Source of the DNA: a virus
Lineage: Duplodnaviria > Caudoviricetes
Strand: one strand, 5' to 3'
Virus record (IMG/VR): IMGVR_UViG_3300031857_023573
Span: 161,080 to 225,079 of that record
DNA: 64,000 nt
Shown here: piece by piece, positions 41,129-50,896 of the stretch
Numbering within the stretch: the stretch's first letter is position 1
How the letters are laid out: the number at the start of each line of letters is the position of its first letter
Notes under the pieces: generated by a model
What the model was told of the DNA's origin: nothing
The model's database searches: none
The model's input: the letters and a program-made list of their open reading frames with translations, nothing else
Made by a program: the position numbers and the translations under genes

Positions 41129-42966
41129 TTTAAAATTTGATTTTTCCTTAACTCTGAATTTTTACCAAACCATATTTCCAAGTACTCATCAGATAACTCA
41201 TCTTTTTTGATTTTTGTTAATTTTGGATTATTTATAATTTCAAAATATTCATCATCAACAAGTGCTGCTAATCCTTTTTTATATTTTATATCCCAAAGTT
41301 TTAAATCTTTATCTTTTGACCAATCATTATATTCACTCTGAGAATAAAAAAGTATTTTATTTTTTGTTTTTTTATTTATAGATACAACGATAGGTGTTTC
41401 TACTTTATAAACCATTTCTCTTTCGAAAAGACTTGGCCAATATTTGTTAAAAAAGTTGATTAGAAGAGCTGAAATACTATTTCCATCAACATCAGCGTCA
41501 GATAAGATAAGTATTCTACCATATCTCAGATTTTTTAAATCTGGTTCTTGTCCTAATTTCAAACCAATAGCCGCCATAAGATTCACCGCCTCGTCGTTTT
41601 GCGTCAACTTTTGTGTAGTTATTTCTGAGACATTTATAAATTTACCTTTTAACGAGAAACTACCCATAGTTTGTGCATCTCTATATTTTCTGAAAGCTGC
41701 TGCTGCAGAATCTCCCTCAAATATGTTGATTGAGCATTTCCATCTATCTTTAGCCTTTGCATCAATCAATTTCTCGACTTTCAGTTTTGAAAGATTCTTA
41801 TTTAATTCTCTTGCAAGCTTACTATCCTCTGCTGACTTTTTTTGTTTAACCCAATCTAATATTGAGTTAACAATATCAGATTTCAGTATAGACTTAATTG
41901 TTTTATCTGATACTTCATAAGTATATCCAAAATCTTTAACTTCTGTAATTAGTTTTTCCTTTGTTTGTGATGAAAAACTAGGATTTACTATCGTTGAGTT
42001 TATGAAAATTGAAATGTGGTTTTTTAACTCTGATGGTTTTACATCAACTTTATATTTCTTCTGAAAGAAATCTCTCATTTCAGAAATAACTTGATTTGAG
42101 ATATATTCTAAGTGTGTTCCCCCGTCATAAGTTTCAGTTGAGTTTACGAAACTAACTTGTGAGAAACCTTCTTCTGAAGGAGCAATTGCAATCGACCAAG
42201 ACTTGTCTTTATTTGTTTCAAAGAAATAGTCTGACTTGTAATATTTCACATAGTCCTCAAATGTCTTGATTTTTATTTCTACTCCGTTAAAATATATTTT
42301 AATGTTTGGATTGCAACCAGCTATATCCACCACTCTTTTTTGAATTAGTTTAAAGTGCTCGTCATCAAGACAGACAAGTCCAAACTTTTCATAGTCCGGT
42401 AAAAATGATATTTGTGTGAAGTTTTTAGTTGATTTTTTTACTTGTGGCTCTTCACGATTTCTCATGTTGTCTGTAAAAGTCTGAGTAAAAACATTAGTGC
42501 CATCGCAAGTAGTGACTGTAAAGACTTTTGAAAATACATTTGTAAGTTTAGAACCATATCCATTAGTTCCTGCTCCTATTCTGTCTTCAGTATCATCATA
42601 ATTAGAACCAGACATCAAATTACCAAAAATTACTTCTGGTACGTATTTTCCGTGATCTTTGTGCACAACTACTGGAATTCCACCAGAATCTTTTACCGAA
42701 ATCATACCAGACTCTTTGTCAATAGTAACTTCAATTTTATTTAACTGAGGATTTCTTTTACTCTCATCTACTGAGTTTATTATTATCTCATCGAATATTT
42801 TTAAAAAAGAAGGTACATAAGTGATTTCTTCCTTTATCATTTTATCTCCACTAAAAATCCACTTATTGGCAGTATGTGGTTTATTTGATCCCAAATAAGT
42901 TTGTGGCCTCAATAAAATGTGGTCAATGTGATTGAGTACTTTGTATTTATCTTCAATTTTCTTCAT
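41125..42966 (-). CDS. type II DNA topoisomerase ATPase/TOPRIM subunit (T4 gp39+60-like)
   Basis: HILLRPQTYLGS, EIIINSVDE, SNYDD, GTNGYGSKL, EGDSA, LKGK, DADVDG and YKKGL motifs. Confidence 0.95.
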   Translation of the reverse strand: MKKIEDKYKVLNHIDHILLRPQTYLGSNKPHTANKWIFSGDKMIKEEITYVPSFLKIFDEIIINSVDESKRNPQLNKIEVTIDKESGMISVKDSGGIPVVVHKDHGKYVPEVIFGNLMSGSNYDDTEDRIGAGTNGYGSKLTNVFSKVFTVTTCDGTNVFTQTFTDNMRNREEPQVKKSTKNFTQISFLPDYEKFGLVCLDDEHFKLIQKRVVDIAGCNPNIKIYFNGVEIKIKTFEDYVKYYKSDYFFETNKDKSWSIAIAPSEEGFSQVSFVNSTETYDGGTHLEYISNQVISEMRDFFQKKYKVDVKPSELKNHISIFINSTIVNPSFSSQTKEKLITEVKDFGYTYEVSDKTIKSILKSDIVNSILDWVKQKKSAEDSKLARELNKNLSKLKVEKLIDAKAKDRWKCSINIFEGDSAAAAFRKYRDAQTMGSFSLKGKFINVSEITTQKLTQNDEAVNLMAAIGLKLGQEPDLKNLRYGRILILSDADVDGNSISALLINFFNKYWPSLFEREMVYKVETPIVVSINKKTKNKILFYSQSEYNDWSKDKDLKLWDIKYKKGLAALVDDEYFEIINNPKLTKIKKDELSDEYLEIWFGKNSELRKNQILK

Positions 42967-43065
42967 AACTGTTGATTATATATACGATTCTTTATTATTA
43001 TTTATCTCCTATTTTGTTTTACAGGTTTTCAAACAAACAAAATTTCTTCAATATATAAGGTCTAT

Positions 43066-43596
43066 ATGCAACTAAAAACGATTACTGACTTTCTATCAAA
43101 CGAGTACAAGGAATTTGCCTTTTATACTATTGAGAATAGGGCTCTTCCTTCGCTTATAGATGGATTTAAAATAAGTCAACGTAAAATTATAAATGCGTCG
43201 TGTAATGTGTGGAAAACAGGTACTGAGAAACACTTAAAGGTGTTTCAACTTTCCGGTATAGTTGCTTCTACCCAATTTTATCATCACGGTGACTGTCTGG
43301 ATCCCGAGACAGAAATAATAATGAGCGACGGTAGCGTCATCAGATTAATCGATTGGTTTAATAACTTTCCTGACAAGGAACTAAGTCTCGTTTCATATGA
43401 TGAGACTTCTGGTAAATTTTGTGAATCGATAGGTCATTCTCCTAGAATAGGTAACATCACAAAAGAAGAAATACAAATTGAGTTAGAAAATGGAGAGATT
43501 ATTAAGTGTACACCGAATCATCCGTTTCTAACGCAAAGAGGTTGGGTTCAAGCAGAGTTTCTTACCGATCAAGACGAGATAAAGAGTTTCATTTGA
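43066..43596 (+). CDS. topoisomerase II cleavage subunit (gp52/GyrA-like) N-extein (76 aa) fused to intein N-half (100 aa)
   Basis: RALPSLIDGFK and YHHGD, then CLDPETEI (block A) and KCTPNHPF (block B), then a stop. Confidence 0.93.
   Translation: MQLKTITDFLSNEYKEFAFYTIENRALPSLIDGFKISQRKIINASCNVWKTGTEKHLKVFQLSGIVASTQFYHHGDCLDPETEIIMSDGSVIRLIDWFNNFPDKELSLVSYDETSGKFCESIGHSPRIGNITKEEIQIELENGEIIKCTPNHPFLTQRGWVQAEFLTDQDEIKSFI
43294..43593 (+). mobile_element. split intein, N-terminal half (IntN)
   Basis: Cys1 at TGT 43294; TxxH block B; acidic end. Confidence 0.92.
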
Positions 43597-43644
43597 TCTC
43601 CATGGTGGTAAAAATTACAATATTAGAATTTTTATATATAGATT

Positions 43645-44568
43645 ATGATATGTAATAGATGTAATAGTGAGTTCCACAATAAATCAATTTCGCCGAAATG
43701 GATGGAAAAGAATCCAGATAAATTTAAATTGTGTCCAGATTGTAGGAAATTCAGAATTTGTCCAATTTGTGAAGTTGAGTTTCATCATAAACAGAATCAA
43801 ACCTGCTCCTTAAAATGTTCACGAGATCTGAAGGAGAGAAGTTTTCTAAAGTCTTGTGGTACACCACATAATTTTTATAAAAACTCGAAATCTAGACTAA
43901 AATGGCAAGAAGACATGATGAATAATGAAGGAATATCAAATATTTTTCAGAGAAAATCAGTCAAAGAAAAAATGAAAATGACTTTGTTGGAAAAATACGG
44001 TGTGAATAATGTATCTGAACATGAATCGATTAAGAAAAGAAAAAAAGATACTCTTAAAAAGACAATTGAACAGAATCCGAATTTATTTAAAGAAAACTGG
44101 CTAAGATCACACGATAGATTTATCTTAGAGTTAGGATTCGATCCTAGACAACACACTTTCGGAAAGGCCTCTAAAGAATCAATGTTAGTGTTTGGAGAAT
44201 TATACAATTGGTGCATAGAAATTGGTTTAAGTGAGGATGACATTTATATCGGTAATGAAAATAAAAGTGAATTTTTCATTCAAACTGGTAAGAGAGTTTA
44301 TTTCTATGATTTCACAATTAGAAGTGAAAAGTTGATTATAGAATTCCATGGCACTACTTTTCACGTAAGAGAAGATGATCCAGATAGAAAAAAATGGAGA
44401 AATCCATTTACAAATGAAAATTGGAAAACTAACGTAAAAAAAACTCGTATTAAAAACAAAGTTGCGACAAAAAGAGGGTTCAAAATATTGGAAATTTGGT
44501 CAGATGTACCTATAGAAACAAATATCAAAAATTGTAAAGAGTTTATAAATGAAAATAAAATCAGTTAA
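43645..44568 (+). mobile_element. free-standing Vsr/DUF559-like homing endonuclease between the split-intein halves
   Basis: CxxC clusters, KYGV repeat, YFYDF..RSEKLIIEFHGTTFH and GFKILEIW motifs. Confidence 0.8.
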
Positions 44569-44668
44569 AAAAATCGTACTAGATGAGGAGAAAAAATTCT
44601 ATGATATAACAGTAAATAAATATCATAATTTTTTGATAAACAAGAATGCAATGTTAGTAACTCACAAC
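44549..44668 (+). mobile_element. split intein, C-terminal half (IntC)
   Basis: block F YDITV/HNF and block G His-Asn followed by Ser+1. Confidence 0.92.
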
Positions 44669-45781
44669 TCATCTTTAAATTCTGCTGTCATTAATTTAGC
44701 TCAAAAGTTTAAAAACAATGTACCACTTTTAGAAGAAGATGGTCAATTCGGTTCTCTAAGGTCCCCTCAAGCAGGAGCACCGAGATATATTGGTACTAAA
44801 TTAAGTCCTAATTTTAGATTAATCTATAAAGATTTTGAACTTCTAGAATACAAAGAAGAAGAAGGTGAAAAAATTGAACCGACTTATTTCTTACCTATAG
44901 TTCCAACTGTTCTTGTGAATGGTGGTTCTGGAATTGCTGTAGGTTTTGCATCTAACATCTTAAATCGAGACTTGAAAGAACTAATTAGTGTTTGTGTGAA
45001 ATATTTAAAAGACGGTAAAATAGCAAAAATTTCACCATTCTTACAAGGATTTACAGGTGAGTATATTCAAGACGTAGATAACCCAAAAAAATGGCATATT
45101 AGAGGAAAATTTGAAAAAGTAAATACTACAACCGTAAAGATTACTGAGCTTCCGCCATCAATGACTTATGAGAAGTATGAAGAGGTACTTGATAAGTTAA
45201 TTGATAATAAAGATATTGTTTCTTATGATGATAATTGTAAAGACAATATAGATTACACAATAAAGTTCACCAGAGTTGATTTAGAGTCACATGACACTGA
45301 AAAATTATATAAACTGCTTAAACTTGAAGAGAATGAAACGGAAAACTTCAATACTCTCGATGAAAATGGCAAGTTAAAAATATTTGAAAGTGTTGAAGAA
45401 ATTATAAAATACTTTGTTGATTTCAGACTAACTTATTATCAAAAAAGAAAAGACTATCAATTATCAAAACTTCAAAGTGAGTTAAAATTACTTGGAAACA
45501 GAGGTAAGTTTATAAAATGTGTACTAGATGGTAAAATTGAAATTAACAATAAGCCAAAAGACGATATTATCGTTCAAATAGAAGAAAACTCAATTGAAAA
45601 AATAGATGATTCCTATGATTATCTACTAAGAATGCCAATCTACTCTCTAACCAAAGAAATGTTTGAAAAACTTAAATCAGAATTCACGTCTAAAAAAGAG
45701 GAAATTGAGAAGTTAAAATCTATTGAACCTAAAGACTTATACCTTACGGACCTTAATGAATTAAAACAGAAAATTAAATGA
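44549..45781 (+). CDS. intein C-half (40 aa) fused to topoisomerase II cleavage subunit C-extein (370 aa)
   Basis: MKIKSVKK...FYDITV..YHNF...VTHN then SSLNSAVINLAQ, GQFGS, APRYI (catalytic Tyr), VNGGSGIAVGF. Confidence 0.93.
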   Translation: MKIKSVKKIVLDEEKKFYDITVNKYHNFLINKNAMLVTHNSSLNSAVINLAQKFKNNVPLLEEDGQFGSLRSPQAGAPRYIGTKLSPNFRLIYKDFELLEYKEEEGEKIEPTYFLPIVPTVLVNGGSGIAVGFASNILNRDLKELISVCVKYLKDGKIAKISPFLQGFTGEYIQDVDNPKKWHIRGKFEKVNTTTVKITELPPSMTYEKYEEVLDKLIDNKDIVSYDDNCKDNIDYTIKFTRVDLESHDTEKLYKLLKLEENETENFNTLDENGKLKIFESVEEIIKYFVDFRLTYYQKRKDYQLSKLQSELKLLGNRGKFIKCVLDGKIEINNKPKDDIIVQIEENSIEKIDDSYDYLLRMPIYSLTKEMFEKLKSEFTSKKEEIEKLKSIEPKDLYLTDLNELKQKIK

Positions 45782-46131
45782 TAGAGGGAGCTTTATTAAC
45801 CATAGTTAAGTATCATTTAGATAGTTTAACTAGAATGTCTCATATAATTTATAAATCTGATGATGTCTACTGGATTTTAGTAGATAGTGAAGAAAAATTG
45901 GATGATGTTAGTAAAATGCCACACTATATTAAAAATGATTTTATTAAGTATAATTCTAAACCTTTAAAATTTGAACAAATTAATAAATTTATTAAAGATA
46001 TCGAGAGAACTTTAAACTTTGACACTCGAAGTCAATCTATGAGCATCGAAATAGAAGATCTTCACAGAGACAATTTAGTAAAATTAAAAGAACTTAAAAG
46101 AGAGTTTATTTTAAAAAATTTGTTAGATTGA
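45778..46131 (+). CDS. hypothetical protein ending in the shared C-terminal motif
   Basis: ends KREFILKNLLD. Confidence 0.55.
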   Translation: MIEGALLTIVKYHLDSLTRMSHIIYKSDDVYWILVDSEEKLDDVSKMPHYIKNDFIKYNSKPLKFEQINKFIKDIERTLNFDTRSQSMSIEIEDLHRDNLVKLKELKREFILKNLLD

Positions 46132-46150
46132 TATTTATAATTTATATTTG
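46119..46150 (+). promoter_or_regulatory. Bacteroidota sigma70-type promoter upstream of the rhomboid gene
   Basis: TTTG-N20-TATATTTG. Confidence 0.6.
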
Positions 46151-46155
46151 TTATT

Positions 46156-46743
46156 ATGATATTTTACCAAAAACTTAGAGAAACCGTCACTGGGAAAATA
46201 GTAATTGCGAATATTATTATGTTTGTAATTTCATTTTTCTGTGGTATCCTTTCTCAAGAAAGTGAATTAATTCGTCTTTTTGCTCTTCAACCATCAAACT
46301 TTCATTACTATCAATTAATCACACATCAATTTTTACATGGTGGTTTTTTTCATTTATTATTTAATATGATAGGTCTTTATACCATTGGAAAAGATGTTGA
46401 GAAGTGGTTAGGATCTAACTTTTTAGTCTATTATTTATTTTGTGGTGTATATGCTGCATTTTTTCATCTTAGTATATCAGATTCTACAAACCCAATGGTT
46501 GGTGCATCTGGTGCTATATTCGGATTACTTTCAATTTGGACACTTTTAAATCCAAATCAATATCTTGGAATTATATTCTTACCTATTGCAATACGAGCTA
46601 AATATTTAACTTCACTTTTAATTATTTCAGAAGTTTTACTTCAAATCTATTCTAAAGATAATATCTCACACCTTGCTCACATTGGTGGATTTATTTGTGG
46701 TTTGTGTATTTTTTTCATTCAGAAGTTTTTTAATAATCGATAG
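46156..46743 (+). CDS. rhomboid family intramembrane serine protease
   Basis: HQFLHGGFFHLLFNM, GASGAIFG (catalytic Ser), SHLAHIGG (catalytic His); multiple TM segments. Confidence 0.92.
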   Translation: MIFYQKLRETVTGKIVIANIIMFVISFFCGILSQESELIRLFALQPSNFHYYQLITHQFLHGGFFHLLFNMIGLYTIGKDVEKWLGSNFLVYYLFCGVYAAFFHLSISDSTNPMVGASGAIFGLLSIWTLLNPNQYLGIIFLPIAIRAKYLTSLLIISEVLLQIYSKDNISHLAHIGGFICGLCIFFIQKFFNNR

Positions 46744-46745
46744 TT

Positions 46746-47123
46746 ATGAGACCAGAGAGAATTAAGCAGATGATCGATAACAACATTCAAAAGATGTTAG
46801 TTAATCAAGATTTTGATACAATACGTACAAATTTATACGTGACTGCTAGAAAATTCAGATCAAGTATTGATTATGATAAGTATTCAATTTTTGATTTAGA
46901 AAATATTAAAGATATCAGAACAAAGTATAAGATGTATTATATCTACTTTGCTCAGAAAAGAATTGCTGATTTAGTTAAAATACAATTTTCAGATAAAAAT
47001 AAAGAACTTTCTCAAAAGAAAAAGTTTAATTTATTAATATTTAAAGAAAAATTAACTTTTGGTTCAAATGAATCAAAATACTTTTCTGAAAAATACTTGG
47101 AAGTTTTAAAAAAACATATATAG
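46746..47123 (+). CDS. hypothetical protein
   Basis: 125-aa ORF coupled to the rhomboid gene. Confidence 0.55.
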   Translation: MRPERIKQMIDNNIQKMLVNQDFDTIRTNLYVTARKFRSSIDYDKYSIFDLENIKDIRTKYKMYYIYFAQKRIADLVKIQFSDKNKELSQKKKFNLLIFKEKLTFGSNESKYFSEKYLEVLKKHI

Positions 47124-47219
47124 TTTTTTCTATTTTTCGTAATTAATTAATTTTTCGTTTCCACTTTTTAATAAATAGTATAAGAAGTGCTCTTCGTATA
47201 TGAAAAATAATTAAAAAGT

Positions 47220-50200
47220 ATGAATAGAAAATGGTGGTCCAGGGAAAATCAAGATTCTCAAAATAATCAACAGTCAGGTCCTAATGGAGAGGTGTCGTTT
47301 AATCCTCTACATGTTGGGGATTTTAATCTTAATCCTTTTGTTAACCAACAGTCTGCCTTTGATTCAAATGTTTTACTGTTCAGATACTTCTTTGATGATG
47401 GTAGTAATCCGTTTTCTTCTCAACTAATGAATAACTTAGATTCTGGTACTGTTTCACCTGGAATGATTGCGATAGATAATGGTATAAAAGAAGGTAATGA
47501 ACACTTATGGCTATCAAATACATCTCTTTATGGATTCAGCGCATCTATAATTTGGGAAAGTCCTTATTTTCAAAACTTCCCCGAAGTAGTTGGATATGTG
47601 TCCGATCTGGGAAATGCTTATTACTTTGTTAATAATATAGAACCTGGTGACTTTATTCATGTTCATGTTTATGAACCAATTGATATATTCCCACCCGAGG
47701 GAGATGTAACTTGGAATCAGGAAGGTATTAGTACAACTGTTACTGTAACTTACAAAGTAAATAGTGTAGGTGACTGGACGAGTAATCCGACTCCGGGAAA
47801 TAGATCGACTAGGTATTTTAACGTCACAAACTTGACTCCTGGTTTTGAGACCTTCATATCGGTTAATTCTGGTAGCGGTCCAATTATGGGAGTCTCGGTA
47901 ACAAAGGCCAGTGCAATATCTTCTGGGATAGGGGCGACCGGTGCACCTGGACTACCTGGCTCTAACTCACTGTATTTTTCTTATGCGGCTGGTGATGTAA
48001 TTGCATCTCCACCCTCTGACTTTCTAGGTTCTGGTTACTTCTATACTGACTATCACTTTAATCCAAACAACCAGTACTTATGGATTTCTAATACCTCCTT
48101 ACAAGGATACGATCCGGTGACTCTTATTCCGGGAAATGCAACAACTTGGGTCGATCAAATAGAAGTTGGTGATATTATATCTTGTTATGTACAAAGAGAC
48201 GGTCTATTTCTTACTGATCTATCATATGGTGGTATCGAATTTGGAGTACCTATGGTTTATAACATATTCAGAGTCACTGAAATTTATGGATGGGATGTTG
48301 ACCCATCACCACCAGAAGTAGCAACCAAGAAATTTGGTGTAGAAACCCTTATGACTAATTTTGAGGCTACTTTTGTTGGTGACGGTCCTTACATATTCTC
48401 TGTCTCTTTCACAAAAATGGGCGTTGATGGTACTCCTGGTCCTCAAGGACCTACTGGACCTGCTGGTGGTCCTCAAGGATTTACTGGACCACAAGGTCCT
48501 ACTGGATTTTTAATATTAAATAATTATGCAACTGGTGCTCAGGGTTCTACTGGTCCATTAGGATTAACGGGTGATCCAGGTCCACAAGGTCCTGCAGGTG
48601 ATATTGGACCTGAGGGATCTCCCGGTCCACAAGGTGATTTGGGTCCACAAGGTGTTCCAGGTCCAACTGGTCCTATGGGCGAACCAGGTCCACCAAACGG
48701 ACCTCAGGGAGCAAAAGGTTCTCCTGGAACAAAAGGTACTGAAGGAAATCCGGGATCTAATTCATTAATTTATATTAGTAGTGGAACAAATGCCGCAACA
48801 GCTGGTCGATTCCGTCTAAGTACTCTTAATTTCAATGGTGTAACAGTTATTCAAATATTCGATACATCTTCTAATTATTCGGCAACTGTTCTACCGGCAG
48901 GCAATGCGGCTAACTGGTTATCTAATGTGGTAGAGGGAACTGTATTGCAAATTTATGCACATGGTAGTTCTTCTAATTATGGCATTTATAGAGTATCAAG
49001 TGTAGTATCGGTTTCAGGTGGTGTTCGAACGCTTTCTGTTCAACTCATATCAGGAAACGGATCAGTAATACTTGGAAGAATCTATACGATTTCTTATTTA
49101 CTAACCGGAAACACCGGTGTTCAGGGTTATCAAGGAATCGAGGGTCCAACTGGTAGTCAAGGAAACTTTGGTCCAACCGGTATACAAGGTCCTACAGGTC
49201 TCCGAGGTAATACAGGTATTCAAGGAAATCCTGGTGCAAACTCTCTAATTTATAAAAGTAGAGGAGTTTTAACCTTAGCTTACGGTGCTTTTAGAACCAA
49301 CACTCAAAATTTTGCTTCTGTTAATACTATAAGTATATCTTATAATCCTGGGACCTATAATGGTGGTATTTTAAGTACACCTACTGCTTTTAACTGGGTC
49401 TCTAGTATCGGTGTTGGTAGTATACTTCAAATTTATGAAGTTGGATCGTCATCCATCTATGCTATTTATACTGTAACAAGTGTTTCACTTACAGGTACTG
49501 GTAATACCACTTCTGGTGGTACATTTGGTTTGACTTTAATGTCTTCAAACGGTTCTCATTCTACTGGTAGAATGTATACAATCTCGTGGTTACCAGTGGG
49601 AATTGGTGGAGTTGGTGGACCAGGTGGAACAGGATTTCAAGGTTCCACAGGACCTACTGGACCAGCAGGGGTACCGGGAACTCAAGGTGCTACAGGACCA
49701 GCTGGTGGTCCACAAGGTTTTACTGGACCAACTGGACCAACAGGATTCATAATTAACAACAACTATGCTACTGGACCAACTGGAAGACAAGGTTCAACTG
49801 GACCTCAAGGATTCACTGGACCAACTGGAAGACAAGGTTCAACTGGACCTCAAGGATTCACTGGAACAACAGGAAGACAGGGTGTTACTGGTCCTCAAGG
49901 ATCTAGTGGATTTCAAGGTCCTACAGGCCCTACACTAGAACCATTAACTCAGAGAAGGAGATGGAAAGAAGACCAAACAGCTTCTTATACTCTTACTTCT
50001 GGAACTACACCATCTGTAATTAGATTTTATAACGCTGGTGACGCATTTGAGTCACCAGGACTAACTAATCCTGATGTCGTGGTTAACTTGAATCCAGCAA
50101 CATCGAGTTTAGGGATTGACAGGAACTGGACATTTATAATCTCTCCATTACAACGCATTGATGTTGGAAAAACCTGGTCTGTTGCCTATAATGGTACTAG

Positions 50201-50882
50201 ACTCGTTGAATATGCTGCTGGTAGAGTTGAACCACAGATATTAAATTTCAGATGGTCTTCTACTAATAACAATCAGACTGGTGAATATACAGTTACAAGA
50301 ACTTTCGTTGAAAATTTATTGGACACAAGTACTTCTACCTCAAACTCTTTAGCAAGAGATTTCACAAATACAAAAAGACAAATGGTTCACGGTTTCGGTG
50401 GTATTCCCGGGGCTGGTGGAATCACATTAAATAGTGGACAGACCCGAGGTGGTTCTACTGAGTTCCCGAAAAATTCAATTATATTTTTGGAGGAAGTTGT
50501 AATCATGTGTCAGTCTTTTTCTCAATCTGTGGGTTGTTCAGTATCATTCGGATTAAAAAGATCGTCGACAACAACTGGATCTACTGTAGTACCTCTACCT
50601 TTTAGTCCACCCCTTTCTGAATTTGGATATACAGATAGTACAGAACTACTTTCTTTACCACAGAGTATTTTCACATGGGGAACAGGCAGTGTCGCATACG
50701 CAAGGGCCGGAGGAGGTATAGTCAGACTCGCAGAACCTGCTGAATTGATTATAAAGATAACTAACGGAACTTTCCAATCTGGAACCGGTTTAATAGCCAT
50801 AGTGCCATACATTGTTTATGATGTTACACAACCATCTACATTTACACAATCTACAATAACACCCAAAAGGCTACAAAATTAA
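47220..50882 (+). CDS. collagen-like fibre protein with repeated globular modules
   Basis: several Gly-X-Y runs separated by modules starting GSNSLY/GSNSLIY/GANSLIY. Confidence 0.8.
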   Translation: MNRKWWSRENQDSQNNQQSGPNGEVSFNPLHVGDFNLNPFVNQQSAFDSNVLLFRYFFDDGSNPFSSQLMNNLDSGTVSPGMIAIDNGIKEGNEHLWLSNTSLYGFSASIIWESPYFQNFPEVVGYVSDLGNAYYFVNNIEPGDFIHVHVYEPIDIFPPEGDVTWNQEGISTTVTVTYKVNSVGDWTSNPTPGNRSTRYFNVTNLTPGFETFISVNSGSGPIMGVSVTKASAISSGIGATGAPGLPGSNSLYFSYAAGDVIASPPSDFLGSGYFYTDYHFNPNNQYLWISNTSLQGYDPVTLIPGNATTWVDQIEVGDIISCYVQRDGLFLTDLSYGGIEFGVPMVYNIFRVTEIYGWDVDPSPPEVATKKFGVETLMTNFEATFVGDGPYIFSVSFTKMGVDGTPGPQGPTGPAGGPQGFTGPQGPTGFLILNNYATGAQGSTGPLGLTGDPGPQGPAGDIGPEGSPGPQGDLGPQGVPGPTGPMGEPGPPNGPQGAKGSPGTKGTEGNPGSNSLIYISSGTNAATAGRFRLSTLNFNGVTVIQIFDTSSNYSATVLPAGNAANWLSNVVEGTVLQIYAHGSSSNYGIYRVSSVVSVSGGVRTLSVQLISGNGSVILGRIYTISYLLTGNTGVQGYQGIEGPTGSQGNFGPTGIQGPTGLRGNTGIQGNPGANSLIYKSRGVLTLAYGAFRTNTQNFASVNTISISYNPGTYNGGILSTPTAFNWVSSIGVGSILQIYEVGSSSIYAIYTVTSVSLTGTGNTTSGGTFGLTLMSSNGSHSTGRMYTISWLPVGIGGVGGPGGTGFQGSTGPTGPAGVPGTQGATGPAGGPQGFTGPTGPTGFIINNNYATGPTGRQGSTGPQGFTGPTGRQGSTGPQGFTGTTGRQGVTGPQGSSGFQGPTGPTLEPLTQRRRWKEDQTASYTLTSGTTPSVIRFYNAGDAFESPGLTNPDVVVNLNPATSSLGIDRNWTFIISPLQRIDVGKTWSVAYNGTRLVEYAAGRVEPQILNFRWSSTNNNQTGEYTVTRTFVENLLDTSTSTSNSLARDFTNTKRQMVHGFGGIPGAGGITLNSGQTRGGSTEFPKNSIIFLEEVVIMCQSFSQSVGCSVSFGLKRSSTTTGSTVVPLPFSPPLSEFGYTDSTELLSLPQSIFTWGTGSVAYARAGGGIVRLAEPAELIIKITNGTFQSGTGLIAIVPYIVYDVTQPSTFTQSTITPKRLQN

Positions 50883-50896
50883 ATTAACTTAATCAC

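Noticed and set aside
43594-44549. Topoisomerase break as a frameshift, pseudogene or group I intron
   Set aside because: Both intein halves have intact catalytic ends and their own start/stop, the intervening ORF is complete, and I saw no P7-type intron elements
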